This document shows positions 14,881-30,299 of a DNA stretch of 64,000 bases, piece after piece; the stretch's first letter is position 1; every line of letters begins with the position of its first letter. The DNA lies in the NCBI GenBank assembly GCA_964016885.1, contig OZ024743.1, positions 373,426,001 through 373,490,000 of the forward strand. Reading direction: 5' to 3'. Under the pieces are notes generated by a model. That model did not search any database, was not told where the DNA came from, and saw only the letters and a program-made list of their open reading frames with translations. The position numbers and the translations under genes are program-made. Source of the DNA: Eledone cirrhosa. Lineage: Eukaryota.

Positions 14881-17800
14881 ATTACATGCCCATACCTTTG
14901 GTCTATCTCTTTCACATTAGATGTCCATACCTTCGGTCTATCTTTCACATTAGATGTCCATACCTTTGGCCTATCTCTTTCACATTACATGTCCATACCT
15001 TTGGTCTATCTCTTTCACATTACATACCCATACCTTTGGTCTATCTCTTTCACAACATTACATGACCATACCTTTGGTCTATCTCTTTCACAACATTACA
15101 TGCCCATACCTTTGGTCTATCTCTTTCACAACATTACATTCCCATACCTTTGGTCTATCTCTTTCACATTAGATGTCCATACCTTTGGTCTATCTCTTTC
15201 ACATTACATGTCCATACCTTTGGTCTATCTCTTTCACATTACATGTCCATACCTTTGGTCTATCTCCTTCACATTACATGTCCATACCTTTGGTCTATCT
15301 CTTTCACATTACATGTCCATACCTTTGGTCTATCTCTTTCACATTACATGTCCATACCTTTGGTCTATCTCTTCAAGATTACATGTCCATACCTTTGGTC
15401 TATCTCTTTCACATTACATGTCCATACCTTTGGTCTATCTCTTTCACATTAGATGTGCATACCTTTGGTCTATCTCTTTCACATTAGATGTCCATACCTT
15501 TGGTCTATCTCTTTCACAACATTACATGCCCATACCTTTGGTCTATCTCTTCCACATTACATGTCCATACCTTTGGTCTATCTCTTTCACATTACATGTC
15601 CATACCTTTGGTCTATCTCTTTCACATTAGATGTCCATACATTTGGTCTATCTCTTTCACATTATATGTCCATACCTTTGGTCTATCTCTTTCACATTAC
15701 ATGCCCATACCTTTGGTCTATCTCTTTCACAACATTACATGCCCATACCTTTGGTCCATCTCTTTCACAACATTACATGTCCATACCTTTGGTCTATCTC
15801 TTTCACAACATTACATGTCCATACCTTTGGTCTATCTCTTTCACATTACATGTCCATACCTTTGGTCTATCTCTTTCACATTACATGTCCATACCTTTGG
15901 TCTATCTCTTTCACATTAGATGTCCATACCTTTGGTCTATCTCTTTCACATTAGATGTCCATACCTTTGGTCTATCTCTTTCACATTAGATGTCCATACC
16001 TTTCGTCTATCTCTTTCACATTAGATGTCCATACCTTTCGTCTATCTCTTTCACAACATTAGATGTCCATACCTTTGGTCTATCTCTTTCACATTAGATG
16101 TCCATACCTTTGGTCTATCTCTTTCACATCAGATGTCCATACCTTTGGTCTATCTCTTTCACATTACATGTCCATACCTTTGGTCTATCTCTTTCACATT
16201 AATGTCCATACCTTTGGTCTATCTCTTTCACATTAGATGTCCATACCTTTGGTCTATCTCTTTCACAACATTACATGCCAATACCTTTGGTCTATCTCTT
16301 CCACATTACATGTCCATACCTTTGGTCTATCTCTTTCACATTACATGTCCATACCTTTGGTCTATCTCTTTCACATTAGATGTCCATACCTTTGGTCTAT
16401 CTCTTTCACAACATTACATGCCCATACCTTTGGTCTATCTCTTTCACATTACATGTCCATACCTTTGGTCTATCTCTTTCACATTAGATGTCCATACCTT
16501 TGGTCTATCTCTTTCACAACATTAGATGTCCATACCTTTGGTCTATCTCTTTCACATTAGATGTCCATACCTTTGGTCTATCTCTTTCACAACATTACAT
16601 GCCCATATCTTTGGTCTATCTCTTCCACATTACATGTCCATACCTTTGGTCTATCTCTTTCACATTACATGTCCATACCTTTGGTCTATCTCTTTCACAT
16701 TAGATGTCCATACCTATGGTCTATCTCTTTCACATTAGATGTCCATACCTTTGGTCTATCTCTTCCACATTACATGCCCATACCTTTGGTCTATCTCTTT
16801 CACATTACATGTCCATACCTTTGGTCTATCTCTTTCACAGTAGATGTCCATACCTTTGGTCTATCTCTTTCACATTAGATGTCCATACCTTTGGTCTATC
16901 TCTTTCACATTAGATCTCCATACCTTTCGTCTATCTGTTTCACAACATTAGATGTCCATACCTTTGGTCTATCTCTTTCACATTACATGTCCATACCTTT
17001 GGTCTATCTCTTTCACATTACATATCCATACCTTTGGTCTCTCTCTTTCACATTAGATGTCCATACCTTTGGTCTATCTCTTTCACATTAGATGTCCATA
17101 CCTTTGGTCTATCTCTTTCACAACATTACATGCCCATATCTTTGGTCTATCTCTTCCACATTACATGTCCATACCTTTGGTCTATCTCTTTCACATTACA
17201 TGTCCATACCTTTGGTCTATCTCTTTCACATTAGATGTCCATACCTATGGTCTATCTCTTTCACAACATTACATGTCCATACCTTTGGTCTATCTCTTTC
17301 ACATTACATGCCCATACCTTTGGTCTACCTCTTTCACATTACATGTCCATACCTTTGGTTTATCTCTTTCACATTACATGCCCATACCTTTGGTCTATCT
17401 CTTTCACATTAGATGTCCATACCTTTGGTCTATCTCTTTCACAACATTACATGTCCATACCTTTGGTCTATCTCTTTCACATTACATGCCCATACATTTG
17501 GTCTATCCCTTTCACATTACATGTCCATACCTTTGGTCTATCTCTTTCACATTAAATGTCCATACCTTTGGTCTATCTCTTTCACAACATTACATGCCCA
17601 TACCTTTGGTCTATCTCTTTCACATTACATGTCCATACCTTTGGTCTATCTCTTCCACATTACATGTCCATACCTTTGGTCTATCTCTTTCACATTAAAT
17701 GTCCATACCTTTGGTCTATCTCTTTCACAACATTACATGTCCATACCTTTGGCCTATCTCTTTCACATTACATGTCCATACCTTTGGTCTATCTCTTTCA

Positions 17801-20800
17801 CATTACATACCCATACCTTTGGTCTATCTCTTTCACAACATTACATGCCCATAGCTTTGGTCTATCTCTTTCGCAACACTACATATCCATACCTTTGGTC
17901 TATCTCTTTCACATTACATGTCCATACCTTTGGTCTATCTCTTTCACATTACATGTCCATACCTTTGGTCTATCTCTTTCACATTACATGTCCATACCTT
18001 TGGTCTATCTCTTTCACGTTACATACCCATACCTTTGGTCTATCTCTTTCACAACATTACATGCCCATACCTTTGGTCTATCTCTTTCACAACATTACAT
18101 TCCCATACCTTTGGTCTATCTCTTTCACATGAGATGTCCATACCTTTAGTGTATCTGTTTCACAACATTACATGCCCATACCTTTGGTCTATCTCTTTCA
18201 CATTACATGTCCATACCTTTGGTCTATCTCTTTCACATTAGAGGTCCATACCTTTGGTCTATCTCTTTCACTTAAATGTCGATACCTTTGGTCTATCTCT
18301 TTCACAACATTACATGCCCATACCTTTGGTCTATCTCTTTCACATTAGATGTCCATACCTTTGGTCTATCTCTTTCACTTAAATGTCGATACCTTTGGTC
18401 TATCTCTTTCACAACATTACATGCCCATACCTTTGGTCTATCTCTTTCACATTAGATGTCCATACCATTGGTCTATCTCTTTCACAACATTACATGCCCA
18501 TACCTTTGGTCTATCTCTTTCACAACATTACATGTCCATACCTTTGGTCTAGCTCTTTCACATTAGATGTCCATACCTTTGGTCTATCTCTTTCACATTA
18601 GATGTCCATACCTTTGGTCTATCTCTTTCACATTAGATGCCCATACCTTTGGTCTATCTCTTTCACGTTAGATGTCGATACCTTTGGTCTATCTCTTTCA
18701 CAACATTACATGCCCATACCTTTGGTCTATCTCTTTCACATTAGATGTCCATACCATTGGTCTATCTCTTTCACAACATTACATGCCCATACCTTTGGTC
18801 TATCTCTTTCACAACATTACATGCCCATTCCTTTGGTCTATCTCTTTCACATTAGATGTCCATACCATTGGTCTATCTCTTTCACAACATTACATGCCCA
18901 TACCTTTGGTCTATCTCTTTCACAACATTACATGCCCATACCTTTGGTCTATCTCTTTCACATTACATGTCCATACCTTTGGTCTATCTTTCACATTAGA
19001 TGTCCATACCTTTGGTCTATCTCTTTCACAACATTACATGCCCATAGCTTTGGTCTATCTCTTTCGCAACACTACATGTCCATACCTTTGGTCTATCTCT
19101 TTCACATTACATGTCCATACCTTTGGTCTATCTCTTTCACATTACATGTCCATACCTTTGGTCTATCTCTTTCACATTACATGTCCATACCTTTGGTCTA
19201 TCTCTTTCACATTACATGTCCATACCTTTGGTCTATCTCTTCCACATTACATGTCCATACCTTTGGTCTATCTCTTCCACATTACATGTCCATACCTTTG
19301 GTCTATCTCTTTCACATTACATGTCCATACCTTTGGTCTCTCTCTTCCACATTACATGTCCATACCTTTGGTCTATCTCTTTCACATTACATGTCCATAC
19401 CTTTGGTCTATCTCTTTCACATTACATGCCCATACCTTTGGTCTATCTCTTTCACATTAGATGTCCATACCTTCGGTCTATCTTTCACATTAGATGTCCA
19501 TACCTTTGGCCTATCTCTTTCACATTACATGTCCATACCTTTGGTCTATCTCTTTCACATTACATACCCATACCTTTGGTCTATCTCTTTCACAACATTA
19601 CATGACCATACCTTTGGTCTATCTCTTTCACAACATTACATGCCCATACCTTTGGTCTATCTCTTTCACAACATTACATTCCCATACCTTTGGTCTATCT
19701 CTTTCACATTAGATGTCCATACCTTTGGTCTATCTCTTTCACATTAGATGTCCATACCTTTCGTCTATCTGTTTCACAACATTAGATGTCCATACCTTTG
19801 GTCTATCTCTTTCACATTAGATGTCCATACCTTTGGTCTATCTCCTTCACATTACATGTCCATACCTTTGGTCTATCTCTTTCACATTAGATGTCCATAC
19901 CTTTGGTCTATCTCTTCCACATTAGATGTCCATACCTTTGGTCTATCTCTTTCACAACATTACATGCCCATACCTTTGGTCTATCTCTTCCACGTTACAT
20001 GTCCATACCTTTGGTCTATCTCTTTCACATTACATGTCCATACCTTTGGTCTATCTCTTTCACATTAGATGTCCATACCTATGGTCTATCTCTTTCACAA
20101 CATTACATGTCCATACCTTTGGTCTATCTCTTTCACATTACATGCCCATACCTTTGGTCTATCTCTTTCACATTACATGTCCATACCTTTGGTTTATCTC
20201 TTTCACATTACATGCCCATACCTTTGGTCTATCTCTTTCACATTAGATGTCCATACCTTCGGTCTATCTTTCACATTAGATGTCCATACCTTTGGTCTAT
20301 CTCTTTCACATTACATGTCCATACCTTTGGTCTAACTCTTTCACATTACATGCCGATACATTTGGTCTATCTCTTTCACATTACATGTCCATACCTTTGG
20401 TCTATCTCTTTCGCATTAAATGTCCATACCTTTCGTCTATCTCTTTCACAACATTACATGCCCATACCTTTGGTCTATCTCTTTCACATTACATGTCCAT
20501 ACCTTTGGTCTATCTCTTTCACATTAGATGTCCATACCTATGGTCTATCTCTTTCACAACATTACATGTCCATACCTTTGGTCTATCTCTTTCACATTAC
20601 ATGCCCATACCTTTGGTCTATCTCTTTCACATTACATGTCCATACCTTTGGTTTATCTCTTTCACATTACATGCCCATACCTTTGGTCTATCTCTTTCAC
20701 ATTAGATGTCCATACCTTTGGTCTATCTCTTTCACAACATTACATGTCCATACCTTTGGTCTATCTCTTTCACATTACATGCCCATACATTTGGTCTATC

Positions 20801-23800
20801 CCTTTCACATTACATGTCCATACCTTTGGTCTATCTCTTTCACATTAAATGTCCATACCTTTGGTCTATCTCTTTCACAACATTACATGCCCATACCTTT
20901 GGTCTATCTCTTTCACATTACATGTCCATACCTTTGGTCTATCTCTTCCACATTACATGTCCATACCTTTGGTCTATCTCTTTCACATTAAATGTCCATA
21001 CCTTTGTTCTATCTCTTTCACAACATTACATGTCCATACCTTTGGCCTATCTCTTTCACATTACATGTCCATACCTTTGGTCTATCTCTTTCACATTACA
21101 TACCCATACCTTTGGTCTATCTCTTTCACAACATTACATGCCCATAGCTTTGGTCTATCTCTTTCGCAACACTACATGTCCATACCTTTGGTCTATCTCT
21201 TTCACATTACATGTCCATACCTTTGGTCTATCTCTTTCACATTACATGTCCATACCTTTGGTCTATCTCTTTCACATTACATGTCCATACCTTTGGTCTA
21301 TCTCTTTCACGTTACATGTCCATACCGTTGGTCTATCTCTTTCACATTACATGCCCATACCTTTGGTCTATCTCTTTCACATTAGATGTCCATACCTTCG
21401 GTCTATCTTTCACATTAGATGTCCATACCTTTGGCCTATCTCTTTCACATTACATGTCCATACCTTTGGTCTATCTCTTTCACATTACATACCCATACCT
21501 TTGGTCTATCTCTTTCACAACATTACATGCCCATAGCTTTGGTCTATCTCTTTCGCAACACTACATGTCCATACCTTTGGTCTATCTCTTTCACATTACA
21601 TACCCATACCTTTGGTCTATCTCTTTCACAACATTACATGCCCATACCTTTGATCTATCTCTTTCACAACATTACATGCCCATACCTTTGGTCTATCTCT
21701 TTCACAACATTACATTCCCATACCTTTGGTCTATCTCTTTCACATTAGATGTCCATACCTTTGGTCTATCTTTCACATTAGATGTCCATACCTTTGGTCT
21801 ATCTCTTTCACATTACATGTCCATACCTTTGGTCTATCTCTTTCACATTACATGCCCATACATTTGGTCTATCTCTTTCACATTACATGTCCATACCTTT
21901 GGTCTATCTCTTTCGCATTAAATGTCCACACCTTTCGTCTATCTCTTTCACAACATTACATGCCCATACCTTTGGTCTATCTCTTTCACATTCCATGTCC
22001 ATACCTTTGGTCTATCTCTTCCACATTACATGTCCATACCTTTGGTCTATCTCTTCCACATTACATGTTCATACCTTTGGTCTATCTCTTTCGCATTAAA
22101 TGTCCATACCTTTCGTCTATCTCTTTCACAACATTACATTCCCATACCTTTGGTCTATCTCTTTCACAACATTACATGCCCATACCTTTGGTCTATCTCT
22201 TTCACAACATTACATGCCCATTCCTTTGGTCTATCTCTTTCACATTAGATGTCCATACCATTGGTCTATCTCTTTCACAACATTACATGCCCATAGCTTT
22301 GGTCTATCTCTTTCGCAACACTACATGTCCATACCTTTGGTCTATCTCTTTCACATTACATGTCCATACCTTTGGTCTATCTCTTTCACATTACATGTCC
22401 ATACTTTTGGTCTATCTCTTTCACATTACATGTCCATACCTTTGGTCTATCTCTTTCACATTACATGTCCATACCTTTGGTCTATCTCTTCCACATTACA
22501 TGTCCATACCTTTGGTCTATCTCTTCCACATTACATGTCCATACCTTTGGTCTATCTCTTTCACATTACATGTCCATACCTTTGGTCTCTCTCTTCCACA
22601 TTACATGTCCATACCTTTGGTCTCTCTCTTTCACATTACATGTCCATACCTTTGGTCTATCTCTTTCACATTACATGCCCATACCTTTGGTCTATCTCTT
22701 TCACATTAGATGTCCATACCTTCGGTCTATCTTTCACATTAGATGTCCATACCTTTGGCCTATCTCTTTCACATTACATGTCCATACCTTTGGTCTATCT
22801 CTTTCACATTACATACCCATACCTTTGGTCTATCTCTTTCACAACATTACATGACCATACCTTTGGTCTATCTCTTTCACAACATTACATGCCCATACCT
22901 TTGGTCTATCTCTTTCACAACATTACATTCCCATACCTTTGGTCTATCTCTTTCACATTAGATGTCCATACCTTTGGTCTATCTCTTTCACATTACATGT
23001 CCATACCTTTGGTCTATCTCTTTCACATTACATGTCCATACCTTTGGTCTATCTCCTTCACATTACATGTCCATACCTTTGGTCTATCTCTTTCACATTA
23101 CATGTCCATACCTTTGGTCTATCTCTTTCACATTACATGTCCATACCTTTGGTCTATCTCTTCAAGATTACATGTCCATACCTTTGGTCTATCTCTTTCA
23201 CATTACATGTCCATACCTTTGGTCTATCTCTTTCACATTAGATGTGCATACCTTTGGTCTATCTCTTTCACATTAGATGTCCATACCTTTGGTCTATCTC
23301 TTTCACAACATTACATGCCCATACCTTTGGTCTATCTCTTCCACATTACATGTCCATACCTTTGGTCTATCTCTTTCACATTACATGTCCATACCTTTGG
23401 TCTATCTCTTTCACATTAGATGTCCATACATTTGGTCTATCTCTTTCACATTATATGTCCATACCTTTGGTCTATCTCTTTCACATTACATGCCCATACC
23501 TTTGGTCTATCTCTTTCACAACATTACATGCCCATACCTTTGGTCCATCTCTTTCACAACATTACATGTCCATACCTTTGGTCTATCTCTTTCACAACAT
23601 TACATGTCCATACCTTTGGTCTATCTCTTTCACATTACATGTCCATACCTTTGGTCTATCTCTTTCACATTACATGTCCATACCTTTGGTCTATCTCTTT
23701 CACATTAGATGTCCATACCTTTGGTCTATCTCTTTCACATTAGATGTCCATACCTTTGGTCTATCTCTTTCACATTAGATGTCCATACCTTTCGTCTATC

Positions 23801-26800
23801 TCTTTCACATTAGATGTCCATACCTTTCGTCTATCTCTTTCACAACATTAGATGTCCATACCTTTGGTCTATCTCTTTCACATTAGATGTCCATACCTTT
23901 GGTCTATCTCTTTCACATCAGATGTCCATACCTTTGGTCTATCTCTTTCACATTACATGTCCATACCTTTGGTCTATCTCTTTCACATTAATGTCCATAC
24001 CTTTGGTCTATCTCTTTCACATTAGATGTCCATACCTTTGGTCTATCTCTTTCACAACATTACATGCCAATACCTTTGGTCTATCTCTTCCACATTACAT
24101 GTCCATACCTTTGGTCTATCTCTTTCACATTACATGTCCATACCTTTGGTCTATCTCTTTCACATTAGATGTCCATACCTTTGGTCTATCTCTTTCACAA
24201 CATTACATGCCCATACCTTTGGTCTATCTCTTTCACATTACATGTCCATACCTTTGGTCTATCTCTTTCACATTAGATGTCCATACCTTTGGTCTATCTC
24301 TTTCACAACATTAGATGTCCATACCTTTGGTCTATCTCTTTCACATTAGATGTCCATACCTTTGGTCTATCTCTTTCACAACATTACATGCCCATATCTT
24401 TGGTCTATCTCTTCCACATTACATGTCCATACCTTTGGTCTATCTCTTTCACATTACATGTCCATACCTTTGGTCTATCTCTTTCACATTAGATGTCCAT
24501 ACCTATGGTCTATCTCTTTCACATTAGATGTCCATACCTTTGGTCTATCTCTTCCACATTACATGCCCATACCTTTGGTCTATCTCTTTCACATTACATG
24601 TCCATACCTTTGGTCTATCTCTTTCACAGTAGATGTCCATACCTTTGGTCTATCTCTTTCACATTAGATGTCCATACCTTTGGTCTATCTCTTTCACATT
24701 AGATCTCCATACCTTTCGTCTATCTGTTTCACAACATTAGATGTCCATACCTTTGGTCTATCTCTTTCACATTACATGTCCATACCTTTGGTCTATCTCT
24801 TTCACATTACATATCCATACCTTTGGTCTCTCTCTTTCACATTAGATGTCCATACCTTTGGTCTATCTCTTTCACATTAGATGTCCATACCTTTGGTCTA
24901 TCTCTTTCACAACATTACATGCCCATATCTTTGGTCTATCTCTTCCACATTACATGTCCATACCTTTGGTCTATCTCTTTCACATTACATGTCCATACCT
25001 TTGGTCTATCTCTTTCACATTAGATGTCCATACCTATGGTCTATCTCTTTCACAACATTACATGTCCATACCTTTGGTCTATCTCTTTCACATTACATGC
25101 CCATACCTTTGGTCTACCTCTTTCACATTACATGTCCATACCTTTGGTTTATCTCTTTCACATTACATGCCCATACCTTTGGTCTATCTCTTTCACATTA
25201 GATGTCCATACCTTTGGTCTATCTCTTTCACAACATTACATGTCCATACCTTTGGTCTATCTCTTTCACATTACATGCCCATACATTTGGTCTATCCCTT
25301 TCACATTACATGTCCATACCTTTGGTCTATCTCTTTCACATTAAATGTCCATACCTTTGGTCTATCTCTTTCACAACATTACATGCCCATACCTTTGGTC
25401 TATCTCTTTCACATTACATGTCCATACCTTTGGTCTATCTCTTCCACATTACATGTCCATACCTTTGGTCTATCTCTTTCACATTAAATGTCCATACCTT
25501 TGGTCTATCTCTTTCACAACATTACATGTCCATACCTTTGGCCTATCTCTTTCACATTACATGTCCATACCTTTGGTCTATCTCTTTCACATTACATACC
25601 CATACCTTTGGTCTATCTCTTTCACAACATTACATGCCCATAGCTTTGGTCTATCTCTTTCGCAACACTACATATCCATACCTTTGGTCTATCTCTTTCA
25701 CATTACATGTCCATACCTTTGGTCTATCTCTTTCACATTACATGTCCATACCTTTGGTCTATCTCTTTCACATTACATGTCCATACCTTTGGTCTATCTC
25801 TTTCACGTTACATACCCATACCTTTGGTCTATCTCTTTCACAACATTACATGCCCATACCTTTGGTCTATCTCTTTCACAACATTACATTCCCATACCTT
25901 TGGTCTATCTCTTTCACATGAGATGTCCATACCTTTAGTGTATCTGTTTCACAACATTACATGCCCATACCTTTGGTCTATCTCTTTCACATTACATGTC
26001 CATACCTTTGGTCTATCTCTTTCACATTAGAGGTCCATACCTTTGGTCTATCTCTTTCACTTAAATGTCGATACCTTTGGTCTATCTCTTTCACAACATT
26101 ACATGCCCATACCTTTGGTCTATCTCTTTCACATTAGATGTCCATACCTTTGGTCTATCTCTTTCACTTAAATGTCGATACCTTTGGTCTATCTCTTTCA
26201 CAACATTACATGCCCATACCTTTGGTCTATCTCTTTCACATTAGATGTCCATACCATTGGTCTATCTCTTTCACAACATTACATGCCCATACCTTTGGTC
26301 TATCTCTTTCACAACATTACATGTCCATACCTTTGGTCTAGCTCTTTCACATTAGATGTCCATACCTTTGGTCTATCTCTTTCACATTAGATGTCCATAC
26401 CTTTGGTCTATCTCTTTCACATTAGATGCCCATACCTTTGGTCTATCTCTTTCACGTTAGATGTCGATACCTTTGGTCTATCTCTTTCACAACATTACAT
26501 GCCCATACCTTTGGTCTATCTCTTTCACATTAGATGTCCATACCATTGGTCTATCTCTTTCACAACATTACATGCCCATACCTTTGGTCTATCTCTTTCA
26601 CAACATTACATGCCCATTCCTTTGGTCTATCTCTTTCACATTAGATGTCCATACCATTGGTCTATCTCTTTCACAACATTACATGCCCATACCTTTGGTC
26701 TATCTCTTTCACAACATTACATGCCCATACCTTTGGTCTATCTCTTTCACATTACATGTCCATACCTTTGGTCTATCTTTCACATTAGATGTCCATACCT

Positions 26801-28307
26801 TTGGTCTATCTCTTTCACAACATTACATGCCCATAGCTTTGGTCTATCTCTTTCGCAACACTACATGTCCATACCTTTGGTCTATCTCTTTCACATTACA
26901 TGTCCATACCTTTGGTCTATCTCTTTCACATTACATGTCCATACCTTTGGTCTATCTCTTTCACATTACATGTCCATACCTTTGGTCTATCTCTTTCACA
27001 TTACATGTCCATACCTTTGGTCTATCTCTTCCACATTACATGTCCATACCTTTGGTCTATCTCTTCCACATTACATGTCCATACCTTTGGTCTATCTCTT
27101 TCACATTACATGTCCATACCTTTGGTCTCTCTCTTCCACATTACATGTCCATACCTTTGGTCTATCTCTTTCACATTACATGTCCATACCTTTGGTCTAT
27201 CTCTTTCACATTACATGCCCATACCTTTGGTCTATCTCTTTCACATTAGATGTCCATACCTTCGGTCTATCTTTCACATTAGATGTCCATACCTTTGGCC
27301 TATCTCTTTCACATTACATGTCCATACCTTTGGTCTATCTCTTTCACATTACATACCCATACCTTTGGTCTATCTCTTTCACAACATTACATGACCATAC
27401 CTTTGGTCTATCTCTTTCACAACATTACATGCCCATACCTTTGGTCTATCTCTTTCACAACATTACATTCCCATACCTTTGGTCTATCTCTTTCACATTA
27501 GATGTCCATACCTTTGGTCTATCTCTTTCACATTAGATGTCCATACCTTTCGTCTATCTGTTTCACAACATTAGATGTCCATACCTTTGGTCTATCTCTT
27601 TCACATTAGATGTCCATACCTTTGGTCTATCTCCTTCACATTACATGTCCATACCTTTGGTCTATCTCTTTCACATTAGATGTCCATACCTTTGGTCTAT
27701 CTCTTCCACATTAGATGTCCATACCTTTGGTCTATCTCTTTCACAACATTACATGCCCATACCTTTGGTCTATCTCTTCCACGTTACATGTCCATACCTT
27801 TGGTCTATCTCTTTCACATTACATGTCCATACCTTTGGTCTATCTCTTTCACATTAGATGTCCATACCTATGGTCTATCTCTTTCACAACATTACATGTC
27901 CATACCTTTGGTCTATCTCTTTCACATTACATGCCCATACCTTTGGTCTATCTCTTTCACATTACATGTCCATACCTTTGGTTTATCTCTTTCACATTAC
28001 ATGCCCATACCTTTGGTCTATCTCTTTCACATTAGATGTCCATACCTTCGGTCTATCTTTCACATTAGATGTCCATACCTTTGGTCTATCTCTTTCACAT
28101 TACATGTCCATACCTTTGGTCTAACTCTTTCACATTACATGCCGATACATTTGGTCTATCTCTTTCACATTACATGTCCATACCTTTGGTCTATCTCTTT
28201 CGCATTAAATGTCCATACCTTTCGTCTATCTCTTTCACAACATTACATGCCCATACCTTTGGTCTATCTCTTTCACATTACATGTCCATACCTTTGGTCT
28301 ATCTCTT
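12673..28307. repeat. Tandem duplication of a 7,789-bp block (12673-20518 = 20462-28307)
   Basis: Constant +7789 offset with matching translations (12917/20706, 14311/22100, 16025/23814, 18602/26391, 20069/27858). Flanking mismatches at 12672/20461 (t/c) and 20519/28308 (t/c). Confidence 0.93.
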
Positions 28308-30299
28308 CCACATTACATGTCCATACCTTTGGTCTATCTCTTTCACATTAGATGTCCATACCTTCGGTCTATCTTTCACATTAGATGTCCATACCTTTGG
28401 CCTATCTCTTTCACATTACATGTCCATACCTTTGGTCTATCTCTTTCACATTACATACCCATACCTTTGGTCTATCTCTTTCACAACATTACATGCCCAT
28501 AGCTTTGGTCTATCTCTTTCGCAACACTACATGTCCATACCTTTGGTCTATCTCTTTCACATTACATGTCCATACCTTTGGTCTATCTCTTCCACATTAC
28601 ATGTCCATACCTTTGGTCTATCTCTTTCACATTACATGTCCATACCTTTGGTCTATCTCTTTCACATTAGATGTCCATACCTATGGTCTATCTCTTTCAC
28701 AACATTACATGTCCATACCTTTGGTCTATCTCTTTCACATTACATGCCCATACCTTTGGTCTATCTCTTTCACATTACATGTCCATACCTTTGGTTTATC
28801 TCTTTCACATTACATGCCCATACCTTTGGTCTATCTCTTTCACATTAGATGTCCATACCTTTGGTCTATCTCTTTCACAACATTACATGTCCATACCTTT
28901 GGTCTATCTCTTTCACATTACATGCCCATACATTTGGTCTATCCCTTTCACATTACATGTCCATACCTTTGGTCTATCTCTTTCACATTAAATGTCCATA
29001 CCTTTGGTCTATCTCTTTCACAACATTACATGCCCATACCTTTGGTCTATCTCTTTCACATTACATGTCCATACCTTTGGTCTATCTCTTCCACATTACA
29101 TGTCCATACCTTTGGTCTATCTCTTTCACATTAAATGTCCATACCTTTGGTCTATCTCTTTCACAACATTACATGTCCATACCTTTGGCCTATCTCTTTC
29201 ACATTACATGTCCATACCTTTGGTCTATCTCTTTCACATTACATACCCATACCTTTGGTCTATCTCTTTCACAACATTACATGCCCATAGCTTTGGTCTA
29301 TCTCTTTCGCAACACTACATGTCCATACCTTTGGTCTATCTCTTTCACATTACATGTCCATACCTTTGGTCTATCTCTTTCACATTACATGTCCATACCT
29401 TTGGTCTATCTCTTTCACATTACATGTCCATACCTTTGGTCTATCTCTTTCACATTACATGTCCATACCTTTGGTCTATCTCTTTCACGTTACATGTCCA
29501 TACCTTTGGTCTATCTCTTTCACATTACATGCCCATACCTTTGGTCTATCTCTTTCACATTAGATGTCCATACCTTCGGTCTATCTTTCACATTAGATGT
29601 CCATACCTTTGGCCTATCTCTTTCACATTACATGTCCATACCTTTGGTCTATCTCTTTCACATTACATACCCATACCTTTGGTCTATCTCTTTCACAACA
29701 TTACATGCCCATACCTTTGATTTATCTCTTTCACAACATTACATGCCCATACCTTTGGTCTATCTCTTTCACAACATTACATTCCCATACCTTTGGTCTA
29801 TCTCTTTCACATGAGATGTCCATACCTTTAGTCTATCTGTTTCACAACATTACATGCCCATACCTTTGGTCTATCTCTTTCACATTAGAGGTCCATACCT
29901 ATGGTCTATCTCTTTCACTTAAATGTCGATACCTTTGGTCTATCTCTTTCACAACATTACATGCCCATACCTTTGGTCTATCTCTTTCACATTAGATGTC
30001 CATACCTTTGGTCTATCTCTTTCACTTAAATGTCGATACCTTTGGTCTATCTCTTTCACAACATTACATGCCCATACCTTTGGTCTATCTCTTTCACAAC
30101 ATTACATGCCCATACCTTTGGTCTATCTCTTTCACATTAGATGTCCATACCATTGGTCTATCTCTTTCACAACATTACATTCCCATACCTTTGGTCTATC
30201 TCTTTCACAACATTACATGCCCATACCTTTGGTCTATCTCTTTCACATTACATGTCCATACCTTTGGTCTATCTTTCACATTAGATGTCCATACCTTTG

